A DNA stretch of 62,834 nt, filler included, from Octopus bimaculoides (GCF_001194135.2; 9 parts of 7 records of this genome joined end to end with filler, not necessarily neighbours in it), one strand, 5' to 3'; shown: positions 14,128-27,819, numbered from the whole stretch's first letter. Numbers and translations: made by a program. The notes: a model not told the origin generated them from the letters alone.

Positions 14128-14500
14128 GGCGCAATGGCCCAGTGGTTAGGGCAGCGAACTCGCAGTTGTAGGATCGCGGTTTCGATTCCCAGACCGGCGT
14201 TGTGAGTGTTTATTGAGCGAAAACACCTAAAGCTTCCACGAGGCACCGGCAGGGGCTGGTGGCGAACCCTGCTGTACTTTTTCACCACAACTTTTACTTC
14301 CTGTTTCTGTTGCACCTGTATTTTGAAAGGGCCAACCATGTCACACTGTGTGTCATGCTGAATATCCCCCGAGAACTACGTTAAGGGTACACGTGTCTGT
14401 GGAGTGCTCAGCCCCTTGCACGTTAATTTTTCACGAGCAGGCTGTTCCGTTCATCGGATCAACTGGAACCCTCGTAGTCGTAACCGACAGAGTGCCGACC
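14128..14500 (+). mobile_element. SINE, family C head + family D tail, full length
   Basis: A box tggcccagtggt, B box ggtttcgattccc, tail ggaaccctcgtagtcgtaaccgacagagtgcc. Confidence 0.92.
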
Positions 14501-15846
14501 AATGAGAAAAAAAATCGACTCCTGATATTTCTATCAACACCTTATTCTCGGGGTGTCAACTCTATTTCAACCCCAATTACATCTCAGTAATTAATAAATA
14601 TTTGATATATCACTTGCACAACAAATATGTGATTTTATCTATTAGATCATGGTTCTGTTTGCGAAGGACGATAAAGTGGGGTGTTGAATTTCTACTCATT
14701 ATTGTCGTCCTTCATCATCGTTGTCTTTATTATTGCTTTTGAGGAGAGGCATCATTGAAGATCTTACCTGTTTTTACCATTTTTTTTTTTAATGTTTATC
14801 CTGCTTTTGGAAGACAACATTTTCTGTATTCTCTTCTGCGTTCTTTTCTACGGCTTGAAACTTTTTCAACCCAACCCTCACTTCTAACCACACTGTAAGA
14901 TGACAGCTGATGAGGTTACTTGATATTATAGATTCTGGGGGTTTAACTGTTGCTGTGGATACATCCCCTTTCTTCATCTCACTCTCGACGGCTGAGAAAA
15001 TAGGGTCCCTGGGTTCCTAGGGACCGAGAATAATGCAATCTCTTTGACTGATTTTGAGACTTCGACCGACAGCTTTCAAAACCTGATGTTCTTGGATTCT
15101 TTTTTAACTCATCGGAGCAGAAAACACTCTAGTTTCTCTTGCTGCCACAAAAAAAAAAAAAAAAAAAAAANNNNNNNNNNNNNNNNNNNNNNNNNNNNNN
15201 NNNNNNNNNNNNNNNNNNNNNNNNNNNNNNNNNNNNNNNNNNNNNNNNNNNNNNNNNNNNNNNNNNNNNNNNNNNNNNNNNNNNNNNNNNNNNNNNNNNN
15301 NNNNNNNNNNNNNNNNNNNNNNNNNNNNNNNNNNNNNNNNNNNNNNNNNNNNNNNNNNNNNNNNNNNNNNNNNNNNNNNNNNNNNNNNNNNNNNNNNNNN
15401 NNNNNNNNNNNNNNNNNNNNNNNNNNNNNNNNNNNNNNNNNNNNNNNNNNNNNNNNNNNNNNNNNNNNNNNNNNNNNNNNNNNNNNNNNNNNNNNNNNNN
15501 NNNNNNNNNNNNNNNNNNNNNNNNNNNNNNNNNNNNNNNNNNNNNNNNNNNNNNNNNNNNNNNNNNNNNNNNNNNNNNNNNNNNNNNNNNNNNNNNNNNN
15601 NNNNNNNNNNNNNNNNNNNNNNNNNNNNNNNNNNNNNNNNNNNNNNNNNNNNNNNNNNNNNNNNNNNNNNNNNNNNNNNNNNNNNNNNNNNNNNNNNNNN
15701 NNNNNNNNNNNNNNNNNNNNNAAGAAATACGAACAAAAGCTCCAAACGTATGCATATGAATAGAAGCACTAACACACACACACACACAGACACACACACA
15801 CACACAGACACACACACACACAGACACACACACACGCGCACACACA

Positions 15847-15882
<36 letters not shown>

Positions 15883-16654
15883 TATACATACACACACAAA
15901 CGTATACACACGCGCACGTGCGCTCGCACACACAAATAGATAGACACACGCACGTTTGTAGTTACTTTTCTATGTATGAAGTATGTATTTATGCATTTAT
16001 ACGTGTGTTTTCATATATACATGCATACATACATACACACACACACACAAATATATATACACACGTGTATATATGCATATATATATGTATATATACATAT
16101 ATACATCCGCACACATACATACATACATACATACATGCTTTAAATATAATTATGTTTCGGGGATTTAGAGATTTAAACAGCTTTCTAAAGCGACCGGAAG
16201 TCGATTAAAATTAGCGGATATGTTGCACGTCTGGCTGACTCCTCGACAATGTGTCTCTCCTTCCTCATGCTTACTAACTCCATAGTGCAGACACCTGTAC
16301 GAACTGTTCAATACAGATTACTGTTTTATGATACCCAAATGACCACATTTTTTCTTTTATTTCTTCCAGAAATATCTTCGAAATTAAATAGTAATTAAAT
16401 CTGTGCAAGTTCAAAACCTAAATGAATAAAGAAATCATGGATTAGAGATTTTGTGAAATTATATATCCATGTTCGTGTATAAATATGTATTTATGTGTAT
16501 AAATGTATATGTGTGTGTGTGTGTGTGTGTGTGCGTGTGTGTGTGTGTGTGTGTGCACGCATGTGAGTATGTGTGTGTGTACCTACACACGTACACTCAT
16601 GTATATATGTCCGTGCGTGTGTAGGCATTTATATGTTATATATATATATATATG

Positions 16655-16696
<42 letters not shown>

Positions 16697-17076
16697 NNNN
16701 NNNNNNNNNNNNNNNNNNNNNNNNNNNNNNNNNNNNNNNNNNNNNNNNNNNNNNNNNNNNNNNNNNNNNNNNNNNNNNNNNNNNNNNNNNNNNNNNNNNN
16801 NNNNNNNNNNNNNNNNNNNNNNNNNNNNNNNNNNNNNNNNNNNNNNNNNNNNNNNNNNNNNNNNNNNNNNNNNNNNNNNNNNNNNNNNNNNNNNNNNNNN
16901 NNNNNNNNNNNNNNNNNNNNNNNNNNNNNNNNNNNNNNNNNNNNNNNNNNNNNNNNNNNNNNNNNNNNNNNNNNNNNNNNNNNNNNNNNNNNNNNNNNNN
17001 NNNNNNNNNNNNNNNNNNNNNNNNNNNNNNNNNNNNNNNNNNNNNNNNNNNNNNNNNNNNNNNNNNNNNNNNNNNN

Positions 17077-17132
<56 letters not shown>

Positions 17133-17549
17133 TACAATGATGCATATATACATAAGTGTATACATACATACACACATATTTGCGTTATTTGTGAAAAAAT
17201 ATATTTGCATGCGTAACTTGAGGGGAAAACATTATATATGTATACATACGTGTGTCTATGCGCACTTGCACGAGCGTATACATTAAGCGCATGCAGTTGT
17301 GTATGAAGGATGCGGTCATTTCATAGAAGTAACCTGATAATGAAAGATATAAACAAAACTGGAGGGTAGTTGTGCATCCAATACAGCACATTCATTTATT
17401 TAAATATATACAAGTGTGTTTATATATACATATACATACATACACACACACACGCACACACACCCATATATACACACACACAGCGTTTGAAAAGCGGTGG
17501 TGTGGGACAGACACGCGCATACGCACACGCGCACACATGCATACTCACA

Positions 17550-17607
<58 letters not shown>

Positions 17608-17639
17608 TGACGCGCTTCTTTCAAATTCTCAACCAATTA

Positions 17640-17790
17640 TGGATTGCAATCTGTCAACCAATTCCACTCAGAAGACTTTGGTCAGTCCAGAGCTATTCTG
17701 GAAGACACCTGCTCATGGCGTCACACAGTAACACCGAACCCGGAACCGTGTGGCTGGGAAACAAAAATTCTTACCAAACTGTCCACACGC
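17640..17790 (-). mobile_element. SINE family B, degraded 5' half
   Basis: aattccactcagaagactttggtcagtccagagctattctggaagacacctg...ccgaacccggaaccgtgtggctgg resembles the family B head. Confidence 0.7.
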
Positions 17791-18201
17791 CAGGGCCTCC
17801 AGTACGATGAAATATTTCACGGTCCGCGTCTACATAACGAAAAGACAAGCAGGCGTTGCCAGCAAGATGTCTGTTATTTGACGATACCTGAATGATATAA
17901 CAATTGTATGGCATACTGACTGTGAAAACCATTATCAACCACAAGACGTAAAAGTTAAATAGAGTCAAGATTAATCGGAAAACCACCAGTTATCCTACTT
18001 ACTGAACTCTCGAAACCATTGGCAATATCAAAGAACGAATGCGATGCAATGTATATGCTTGACGTCATCTGCATATATATATAAACATATGTGTATATAT
18101 ANNNNNNNNNNNNNNNNNNNNNNNNNNNNNNNNNNNNNNNNNNNNTTAATTAATTAANNNNNNNNNNNNNNNNNNNNNNNNNNNNNNNNNNNNNNNNNNN
18201 N

Positions 18202-18462
18202 AGAGATAGGACAAGTTCGGCCAGACGAATGAGTGTGGAGGTGTCGGGTTGTGGGTTGGGGCGTTGGTCTAGAAAAAAACTTCAGGGCACGCAGCCCCTC
18301 GTCGTGGGGGATCACTGTATAGAGGCTCTGGATGTCTAGAGTGAAGAGAAGCTTAGAAGGGCCGGGAGGGAAAGAGAAAGAGTTGAATAGACGAAGCGCG
18401 TGGTTAGTGTCATGAATGTGGGAAGGGAGAGAAGCCACTAGGGGGGCGAGGACACGGTCTAG
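18202..18462 (-). mobile_element. Penelope-like (Neptune-type) retroelement RT fragment
   Basis: LDRVLAPLVASLPSHIHDTNHALRLFNSFSFPPGPSKLLFTLDIQSLYTVIPHDEGLRALKFF; removing one T of the 7-T run continues LDQRPNPQPDTSTLIRLAELVLS. These are the PLE motifs D..SLYT.IPH.EG and L.RLAELVL. Confidence 0.9.
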
Positions 18463-18806
18463 ATATATATATATATATGTATGCATACATGCATACATAC
18501 ATGCATACAGATACATACATAATACATACATACACACGTGTATGCGCACGCACACGCATGTGCATAAAAAAAGAACGCACTTTCGATAACAGAGAGTATC
18601 AAGAACTATTGAAAAAGTTGCAAAATATATATACATATACATACATCCACATATATACACATATACATACATGTATATACATACACACATATATACATAC
18701 ATATATACATACATACATACATACATATATATACATACATACACATATATATATTTATACATACATATATATACATACATACATATATATACATATATAC
18801 ATATAT

Positions 18807-18851
<45 letters not shown>

Positions 18852-19624
18852 NNNNNNNNNNNNNNNNNNNNNNNNNNNNNNNNNNNNNNNNNNNNNNNNN
18901 NNNNNNNNNNNNNNNNNNNNNNNNNNNNNNNNNNNNNNNNNNNNNNNNNNNNNNNNNNNNNNNNNNNNNNNNNNNNNNNNNNNNNNNNNNNNNNNNNNNN
19001 NNNNNNNNNNNNNNNNNNNNNNNNNNNNNNNNNNNNNNNNNNNNNNNNNNNNNNNNNNNNNNNNNNNNNNNNNNNNNNNNNNNNNNNNNNNNNNNNNNNN
19101 NNNNNNNNNNNNNNNNNNNNNNNNNNNNNNNNNNNNNNNNNNNNNNNNNNNNNNNNNNNNNNNNNNNNNNNNNNNNNNNNNNNNNNNNNNNNNNNNNNNN
19201 NNNNNNNNNNNNNNNNNNNNNNNNNNNNNNNNNNNNNNNNNNNNNNNNNNNNNNNNNNNNNNNNNNNNNNNNNNNNNNNNNNNNNNNNNNNNNNNNNNNN
19301 NNNNNNNNNNNNNNNNNNNNNNNNNNNNNNNNNNNNNNNNNNNNNNNNNNNNNNNNNNNNNNNNNNNNNNNNNNNNNNNNNNNNNNNNNNNNNNNNNNNN
19401 NNNNNNNNNNNNNNNNNNNNNNNNNNNNNNNNNNNNNNNNNNNNNNNNNNNNNNNNNNNNNNNNNNNNNNNNNNNNNNNNNNNNNNNNNNNNNNNNNNNN
19501 NNNNNNNNNNNNNNNNNNNNNNNNNNNNNNNNNNNTATATATATATATATATAATGCATATATATGAATCTAATGTATAAATATATAATGTATAAATATA
19601 TAATGTATATGTATATAATGTATT

Positions 19625-19923
19625 CTTTCTCTTTTCTTTTTATTTGCTTCAGTCATTTGACTGCGGCCTTGCTGGAGCACCGCCTATTAGTCGAACAAAT
19701 CGACCCAAGGTCTTATTCTTTGCGAGCTTAGTACTTCTATCGGTCTCTTTTGTCGAACCGCTAAGTTATGGGGACGGAAACACGCCAACATCGGTTGTCA
19801 AGCGATGGTGGGGAAACACACACACACATATATAAACGACGTGCTTCTTTCAGTTTCCGTCTACCAAATCCTCTCACAAGGCGTTGGTCAGCCCGAGGCT
19901 CTAGCTCAAGGTACCACGCAGTG
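19625..19923 (-). mobile_element. SINE family B, 5'-truncated
   Basis: Tail cagtcatttgactgcggccttgctggagcaccgcc through gcccgaggct...aggtaccacgcagtg. Confidence 0.88.
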
Positions 19924-21509
19924 AGTTTTGTGATTTCATTACTGCAGTATACAGAGAGACTCCTTTTTCTACCTTATGGTATCCCGAAGAACCACACACA
20001 CACCCACAACCAGTGACTTCAAGAGAAGGGTCACTCAGTATACATACTATTTAGAGTCCAGGAAGACGAAACACTCCAACTACGTTTTATCTGAGGAGAT
20101 AAGAACCAAAGTGTCGGCCCACTGTAAGAACTTCTTTTATTTGCCTGAAATACGGTTTGTCACTCTCAGAAACTGCATATTTTGCTACAGTTTGCTGTGT
20201 CTTCTAAGAAGCTAAACTGTCATCTATAGAGCACTATAGTTAAATCTAATCCATTAATTCATGATAAGGTTTCATAACTATCCTGCGCGCGTAAGCGAAA
20301 GCAGGGTATTGTAATCACTCTTCTTTGTCTGTTTCTCTGTGTGTTTGCAAAATTACTGGAAACCGGCTGAACGGATTTTCACTACCTTCGGCAGAAATAC
20401 TCATTGGGTGAGTGGTTCGAAATGAACATTTGGTTTGATTATCTTTAAAACAAAACTTGTGGATACATACATACATACATACATGCATAGATATGCGACT
20501 GTGTGCGCGTGTACACTGAAGGATTCGAGTGTTTCGTTTATTTACGAGTTGATTTCTTAATTTCACCAGAGTATAAATACCTATGAAGGTGATACTTAAA
20601 AGAAAAATTAGTTGAATTAAAAAGCAGGGTAAGCAACGCATTGTAAGCCACACTATGATTTGCGAAAAAGGTTACCTACGCACAGGGTATGCATTCCCCC
20701 TTCGATGCCTTTATTTTTCGTTTTTATTGAAACTTTACGGAAATTTTACCTGAATTTCTAATGAAAATAATGGATCAAAATTTTATCTGTTGGGTCAGTT
20801 GTCTCCGTTTTAATAGTCGTTCGACAACATCCAGTCGCTGCTCCATCAACCAGCACCTGTCAACAACTGGCGTGACCGGAATTGATTAAAAGGTACAAAC
20901 TTTATATATTTTCCAATAAGAATCTGCTCTCTTTAAGAGCCGTGGCTGCATAACCCCTGAGATCTTAGTATCTGGGTGATGAGAGGTGTTTTTACACCAG
21001 TGAAATAATGCAGACATATGACTAAATATGTATGTACATACGTCTGTCTGTGTGTATGCATGTGTGTATGTGTATATATATATATGTGTGTGTGTATATA
21101 TGCGTAACTATGTATGTACGCATACATGTACGCACGTACACACACACACATAGATACACGCACATACATTCATACATACATAGTCTGCATCAAGAAAACG
21201 GTCACACCACCGATGGGCATAAAATTGCTCACAGATATACTCTGCCCTTTCTACGTATCATTGGTAGTTGAGATCGTGTCACGTCTACTCAGGCATTTTA
21301 TTTCTGCTCCTCTCATCATCCTTGTTTTGTTCAATGCTCAGGGCCCGCACTGAGGCAGTATGTCCAATTCTCCCTTCCCAAGATATTTGTTACATTTGGG
21401 GTGATGAAAAATGTTTTCGAAACTGTTCACTGTGTATACAGGCTGATAACATAGAGAAATAAGATAGCAAGATGGATAAAATAGACAGATACTTAGGCAG
21501 GTAGAGAGA

Positions 21510-21583
<74 letters not shown>

Positions 21584-21916
21584 AGTCTTAGATAAACAGA
21601 GTCAAGTGAGGAGAGAGTGAAAATGAGAATTATTGATATATGGAGTTGAGATCGAGCAGGACGCTACACTTCTCTAGAAATATGTTGAATAAATAGCATG
21701 GAGATAGATTCTGGAAAATTATTAGTGAATCACACAAGTTAAGAGACCATGCTAGCTACCAACCCACACTTTCGATGGTATGAGAACGTAAGGTTAGCGT
21801 AGAAAGGGATGAACATATGCTTAGCTTTCCTGTTAGTTGTCTTGCAGTGATGGGTAAACACCTCCCACTGGTTCATTTCCTTCAGGTGTTCTAAGCAGCA
21901 TTCATCGTACCTACAG

Positions 21917-21972
<56 letters not shown>

Positions 21973-22053
21973 GTGTCTGTGTGTGCGTGCATGCGTACGT
22001 GTGTGTATATATGTATACATGTAAAGACGAATAAATACATACGTATTTATAAC

Positions 22054-22106
<53 letters not shown>

Positions 22107-22129
22107 AATCTACATTCATATCCATCTAC

Positions 22130-22949
22130 CTACCCCAGAGTCACAGGCAGTGAGAGACTTGGGGATCATCATGTGCAATGACACATTATTTCATATGCAC
22201 ATAAGGAAGATGGCAGCAACGTGCAGACAACTGGTATGATGGATACTGATGTCCTTCAAGACAAGAGACCAAGAAACTATGTTAGCCTTGTGGAGAACCT
22301 TTGCTCTCAGCCGCCTGGACTACTGTTCCCAGTTATGGTCACCGCATAGTGCCAAACTAACAGCGGAGCTTGAAGCAGTCCAACGCCACTACACTAAAAA
22401 GATTGAAACAGTGCAGTGGATGAGCTATAGGGATAGGCTGAGAAAGCTATAGCTCTACTCCTTTGAGCGAAGGCGTGACAGATATGCAATAATATACATA
22501 GAAGGGCTAGTACCAAACTTTGGCATTGAGTGTTATACAAATGCCAGAATTGACCGCCATTGTATTGTACCAAAGGTACCGTCCACTCCTTCTAAATTCA
22601 GAACCAGGTATTGCAATAGTCTAGGGTTCAAAGATCCACAGAACTTCAGTGCCCTGCCACAAAAACTAAGAAATTTGCACAAGGTGGAAGTAGATGTCTT
22701 CAAAAAGGAACTAGACATCCTCCTCTCCACAATACCAGATGAACCAACAACCCGACATGAGGTATAGACGACGGCAGCGGAATCAAACTCAATTATACAC
22801 CATATGTACCAACAGCTGGAAAAAAGGCACATACAAAAGTGGTGATGTGAAATACTCAGACTGAGGAAAACAGAAAGACCATGGTAGTGCTCCAGCATGA
22901 CCACAGCCGCATGGCTGAAACGAGTAAAAAAAAAAGAGTAAAAGAGTAA
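22130..22949 (+). mobile_element. CR1-clade LINE 3' end (RT C-terminus, 3' UTR, terminal 8-nt repeats)
   Basis: VRDLGIIMCND..., SFKTRDQETMLALWRTFALSRLDYCSQLWSPHSAKLTAELEAVQRHYTKKI...SYRDRLRKL, ...FKKELDILLSTIPDEP. Ends in gagtaaaa repeats and has several in-frame stops. Confidence 0.92.
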
Positions 22950-23155
22950 TATATATAAAAGTATATATATATAAGTATATGTATGTATATATATTTTTGT
23001 GTCTGGGGTGAGTCATTCTCTTTAGTGCATTATTATTTATAACACACACCGGTAAAGTTCCCACCGGTAAAGTTCCTAAAATTTTCGTTACGTTATGCAA
23101 CTTTTTCCATAGTGGTTGAATCTGTCCGTTATCCGAGCTGCGTTCTTTTTGTTTG

Positions 23156-23378
23156 TGCAGAAACGTGAGCACGTCGGGCGAAATGCTTAGCGGTATTTCG
23201 TCTGCCGCTACGTTCTGAGTTCAAATTCCGCCGAGGTCGATTTTGCCTTTCATCCTTTCGGGGTCGATTAAATAAGTACCAGTTACGCACTGGGGTCGAT
23301 ATAATCGACTTAATCCGTTTGTCTGTCCTTGTTTGTCCCCTCTCTGTGTAGCCCCTTGTGGGTAGTAAAGAAATAGCA
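23156..23378 (+). mobile_element. SINE family A, alternative-tail variant (A2)
   Basis: gcagaaacgtgagcacgtcgggcgaaatgcttagcgg...gagttcaaattcc...tail gtttgtcccctctctgtgtagccccttgtgggtagtaaagaaatag. Confidence 0.92.
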
Positions 23379-23764
23379 CATGTATGTATGTATGTATGTA
23401 NNNNNNNNNNNNNNNNNNNNNNNNNNNNNNNNNNNNNNNNNNNNTTAATTAATTAANNNNNNNNNNNNNNNNNNNNNNNNNNNNNNNNNNNNNNNNNNNN
23501 TATACGATGAAGTTCGTACAAACGGAAAGAAAAACGATGAGGTCATGCTGGATTTATTTTTGTCAATTAAACTTCAGTGAGAGTCGAACGTCAACCAACA
23601 CGACGGTGCCCAAGTACTAACGGTGGTGCCCCGGCATGGCCGCATCTCTCGAACTGCAATAAATTAATGAGTTAACACTACCACCTCTACTACCATTAAC
23701 ACCGCCTTCACCACCACTTCCATCACCACTGACAGCTGCCTAACCTACGTTATGCTGTTATTTT

Positions 23765-23865
23765 CCTTCTTCTTCTTCTTCTTCTTCTTCTTCTTCTTCT
23801 TCTTCTTCTTCTTCTTCTTCTGCTGCTGGTGCTGCTGCTGCTGCTGTTGCTACTGCTGCTGCTTC
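23765..23865. repeat. (TTC)n-(GCT)n trinucleotide repeat
   Basis: Directly visible. Confidence 0.9.
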
Positions 23866-25817
23866 TAATAATGATGATGGTGATGACGATCCTGGTCCAA
23901 ATACGTTCATTATTTTGAATTATTTACTCCAAGTACATCGGGGAAGGCTTATGAAATTCCCCCCCCCCAAAAAAAAAATGTAGTATTTACAAATTGTCAA
24001 ACTAGTCTTCATACAGTTAATTCATTCGAAGATTTTTTAATTCATAGAATAATCATCCTTAATCAGTATAGATTAATTATTTACGCCATAACAATTTAGA
24101 ATCTTCGAGAGGCGTAAAAGAATTCATTTCTAACGCTAGCACTCGAAACAGATAAAGCAATAAATGATAATGTGTAAATATTGAGTTTAAAACTCTGTAG
24201 ATAAAAAAAAAGGGTCGAAGAAAAATCCTGGGACACGAACACGCTTAAACGTCATCTAATAAATTCTTTCTAATTTTGGCACAATTTTGTGAGGAGTTGA
24301 AAGTCGATTACATCAACCTCGATACTCGACTGGTACTTATGTTATGGATTTGAGAGGATGAAAAACAAAGTCGACCTCGACGGTATTTGAAATCAGAACC
24401 CAATGCGTTAGAAAAGAAAGGCCGCCAAATATTTTATCCGAAGAGGTGATGATCCAGCCAGTTCACTGACAATCTGACAGCTAATAAATTAGCTTGCTTT
24501 CAAATCTCTCGGACGCTTATATCTGAATGATAATTTTTATAAAGGAATGAAATGGATTAAAATAATGTATAAAATATATTATTATGACAGTCGCATTTAA
24601 TAGAATAAAAAATTAAGAAAAATTCTTAATGCATATAATTTTTTTTCCATTTAAACGAAGTTTGTTGTCTGTTGTCACATTCTCTAATATCAATTTATAA
24701 CTGAGTCAGTTTTCATTTTCCAAATGTGTTAACGTTTTGTGAATTGTCACAAAATATAAATCAGTTTTAACGGGTTATAAGTTATATCTCCCCGCCACTC
24801 ACTTCGTCATAGAAATCTATTTTTCTTCTTTCTTTAATGTCTCTTAAAGCATGTCAGACACTCGAACTATTGTTTAGTTTAGTAATTTAATATCAGTCAA
24901 TATTTTTTTTTATAAAAAATAACAAAAAGATAAATCACATTAATGAAACACTTGTCCATGAACTGAAGAACAGTAAATCAATTATTACAAAGATGATAAG
25001 GAAAAACTTGTGAAAATGTATTATATATTCTATATTTTCTAAACAAAGCAGGAGACTGAGAGGCAGGGTTAAGTGCCAATCTAAGATATTTTATAGTATT
25101 TATTAACGTTCAACCAACGTTCAAATCTACGTTGAACTTTTTCTTTCATCTCTCTGGAGTCAATAAGTAAAATATTGAGCTGTCAGATGAATTCGTTTGT
25201 TTTTATTTTGGTTGGCACTCCATCGTCATATGTCTGAAAAGAAAATAATTTATTCAAATTTCATAAACGATACACAGAAGTTGTAGAAGAGGAATAAAGC
25301 GACAAAGAAGCACAAAACACTATGGTTAAAAACATATACATTTCGTTTTAATCCAAATTGCGCTGGCGTGGCTGCGTGGTAAGACGTTTGGGGTTTTTAT
25401 TTATATACCATTATCTCCAATTATTTTCAAATTTGGTATATGTATTAAGTCTTGTATACTAATTATCAAAATGAAAATCATTTTCCCTATAAATTTATAA
25501 TTAAAATCTTATTAGCCTTTAAAGTTTGAAAAATTTGAGTATTTTAGCCAATCAGAAACGAGTGTTTTACACATCACCGTGAAGTTCTGTTAGCGTAGTA
25601 AGCAAAGAAAGCTGTTTCCATAGTAACCAAGGAGTGTAACCACCACATGTTCCATAACTGTTTGCAAAGAACCCTGTTGTCATAGTAATCAAAGATGCCA
25701 CGCATGCGTACAAGGAGTACAACCACCACGTATTTCATAATTGTTTTCATAACAGAAGCAATTCGATTCGAGATTGTTATAGAGATTTTTCAGTTATTTC
25801 TAATAGTTTGACCCCTC

Positions 25818-25867
<50 letters not shown>

Positions 25868-26135
25868 GATCTCTCGGCTCCAGGGTACAACTCTGGGCGG
25901 AAAATGGCCTCACCGGCGAACACACAACCTAGGGTTGTTTTTATGAAAGACCAGAAGTCACCCATATACACACAGCCTCTCCTTTTGACGCCACTGATGT
26001 TATCCAAGAGAAAGGCAAAGGGGCTGATACACCTTCGCACCAGTGACGTTGCAACTCATTTATACAGACAAGTGAACTGGAGCAACGTGAAATAAAGTGT
26101 CTTGCTCAAGAACATAACACACAGCCCGGTCCGGG
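25868..26135 (-). mobile_element. CORE-type SINE family E
   Basis: Reverse complement gttatgttcttgagcaagacactttatttcacgttgctccagttcact...aaatgagttgc is a CORE-like segment followed by a distinct tail. Confidence 0.8.
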
Positions 26136-26177
26136 CTCGGACCAGAATCTTAGTTGAGTCAACCTCTTGCTACTCAG

Positions 26178-26206
26178 TTTCCCCTGCAGTGACTCAAAAT
26201 CTGCAG
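26178..26206 (+). other. Candidate short exon of an unidentified gene
   Basis: Ends in a perfect CAG|GTAAGT donor. Upstream are ctcag and ctgcag acceptors and an Inr-like TCAGTT at 26174-26179. Confidence 0.3.
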
Positions 26207-26929
26207 GTAAGTCGTCACAAGTTGGCACATGCAGGAGGCTAACTCACCGTAAAAAATTACCGTTCGTGTCCACCATGATATTCAAAACTTTTTTCTGGCT
26301 GTTAATACTAAACGGGTATATTTTAGAGTTATTTGGCGTCTATTTCTAGCATGTGGAACTACCCAGTAGTTGCTCTTATTATAATTATATTTATATAATT
26401 AAATACACTGTATTAATTTTTTTAACTGAATAGTTTCTTACAAGCTAGCTACTTGATAAGATCCTATATAGATTCTATCCTTGATTATAATGATATATAT
26501 TTCCCAACGCATTGAATTAACACACAAATAGCTGAATTTTTCCCAGACACAGAGAGGCGCTTAATGATATTTTTAGGTGGAACGTGTACGACACTAAATG
26601 ACACGGCTGAACATTTGAATTACATATTTCCGTCTACCTAATTTCATACGCATATATATGTTTGTGTGTGTATTGTGTGTGTGTTTGTGTGTGTGTGTGT
26701 GTATGGGTGAGTGTGTGTGTGTGTGTGTGTATTTGTTAGTGTGTGTACAGAGATACACACATACACAACATAAATAGATATAAATTGAAAGATGTACACA
26801 TATTCATGCATAGGTATATACACAAGGTATTCATAAAATCAAGCAAACACACAACACACATACTCATACAACAGTGCGTACACACACACTCAGGATTGAG
26901 CTAAGTCATCCATCTTAATAATAATGTTT

Positions 26930-27360
26930 TCAAATTTTGGTACAAGCTAGCAATTTTAGAGGGAATGGGTCACTCGATACGATTGACCTGCTTAACTGGT
27001 ATTTCACTTTATCGATCCCAAAGAGATGAAAGGCAAAGCTGGCGCGGCGGAATTTGAGTTCAGAATGTAACGAGCCGGAAGAAATGCGAATTAGAATTTT
27101 GTTCTACGCACAAATTATTCTGCCAGCTCAACCTACAATAAGTGTTTCAAATATAGGCGACAGGCCAGCAATTTAGTGGAGAAGTAGTACAGCCAATTAT
27201 TTCGGCAGGAATATTTGGCTGGTATCTTATCTTATCGATCCCCAAAAGATAGAACTTTAAATTAAGATGAGTAAGACTTGAATTCAGAACGCGAAATTCC
27301 GGAACAAATACTGTAAAGCATTTTGGTCCGACACTAACCATTCTGTCTATTCGTCGCATT
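26930..27360 (-). mobile_element. Two tandem degraded family A SINEs
   Basis: Two successive tatcgatccc.aaaga...gaatt..ag..cagaa...ttctg.c blocks. Confidence 0.75.
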
Positions 27361-27819
27361 AATTGAAAAAGTAGTGAAAAAGGTTTATAAATTTATATAT
27401 GAAAATAGAATTTAGATTATTCATGGAGATGCTCCGGCATGGCTTCAGTCCAAGTAGAGAAACAATTAAATAGCATAAAGAATGGAACATGGATTATACA
27501 TGAGACATACCGTTTTTATTAGAATTAGCTCAGTCAGTCCGTCAAATTCTTGGTTTTCGATAAGTGTTTACCAGCTGACAGGAAAATATTTCTATATAAT
27601 TATGTACAGTTGCATTTCAAAAGTTCATGGATATCTAGAGATAGAAAGACAATACATTTCAGGAGAATTTCTTCTCTCGAGACATCTTCTGCAGCGTATT
27701 GTATTTTCCATGTCCGAATGTCCACGAACATATCAAAATATGAATGTACCTAACTATACATGACACTGCTTGGTGTGCCTCTAATTAAGATATTTCTATT
27801 ATTTCCTTACAGATGGTTT

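Noticed and set aside
14768-15025. Minus-strand ATG GTA AAA ACA G|gtaag first-exon-like signal and a 9-bp hairpin at 15004-15025
   Set aside because: No compatible downstream exon was found, and a 9-bp stem is expected by chance in 63 kb.
16272-16290. Perfect TACTAAC branch-point motif
   Set aside because: Very close to the next AG, with no convincing exon or donor following.
21739-21915. Minus-strand peptide YDECCLEHLKEMNQWEVFTHHCK
   Set aside because: No polypyrimidine acceptor or good donor, and no known homology.
27482-27763. 93-aa ORF and nearby ttccttacag acceptor at ~27811
   Set aside because: No motif; the acceptor leads straight into a SINE.
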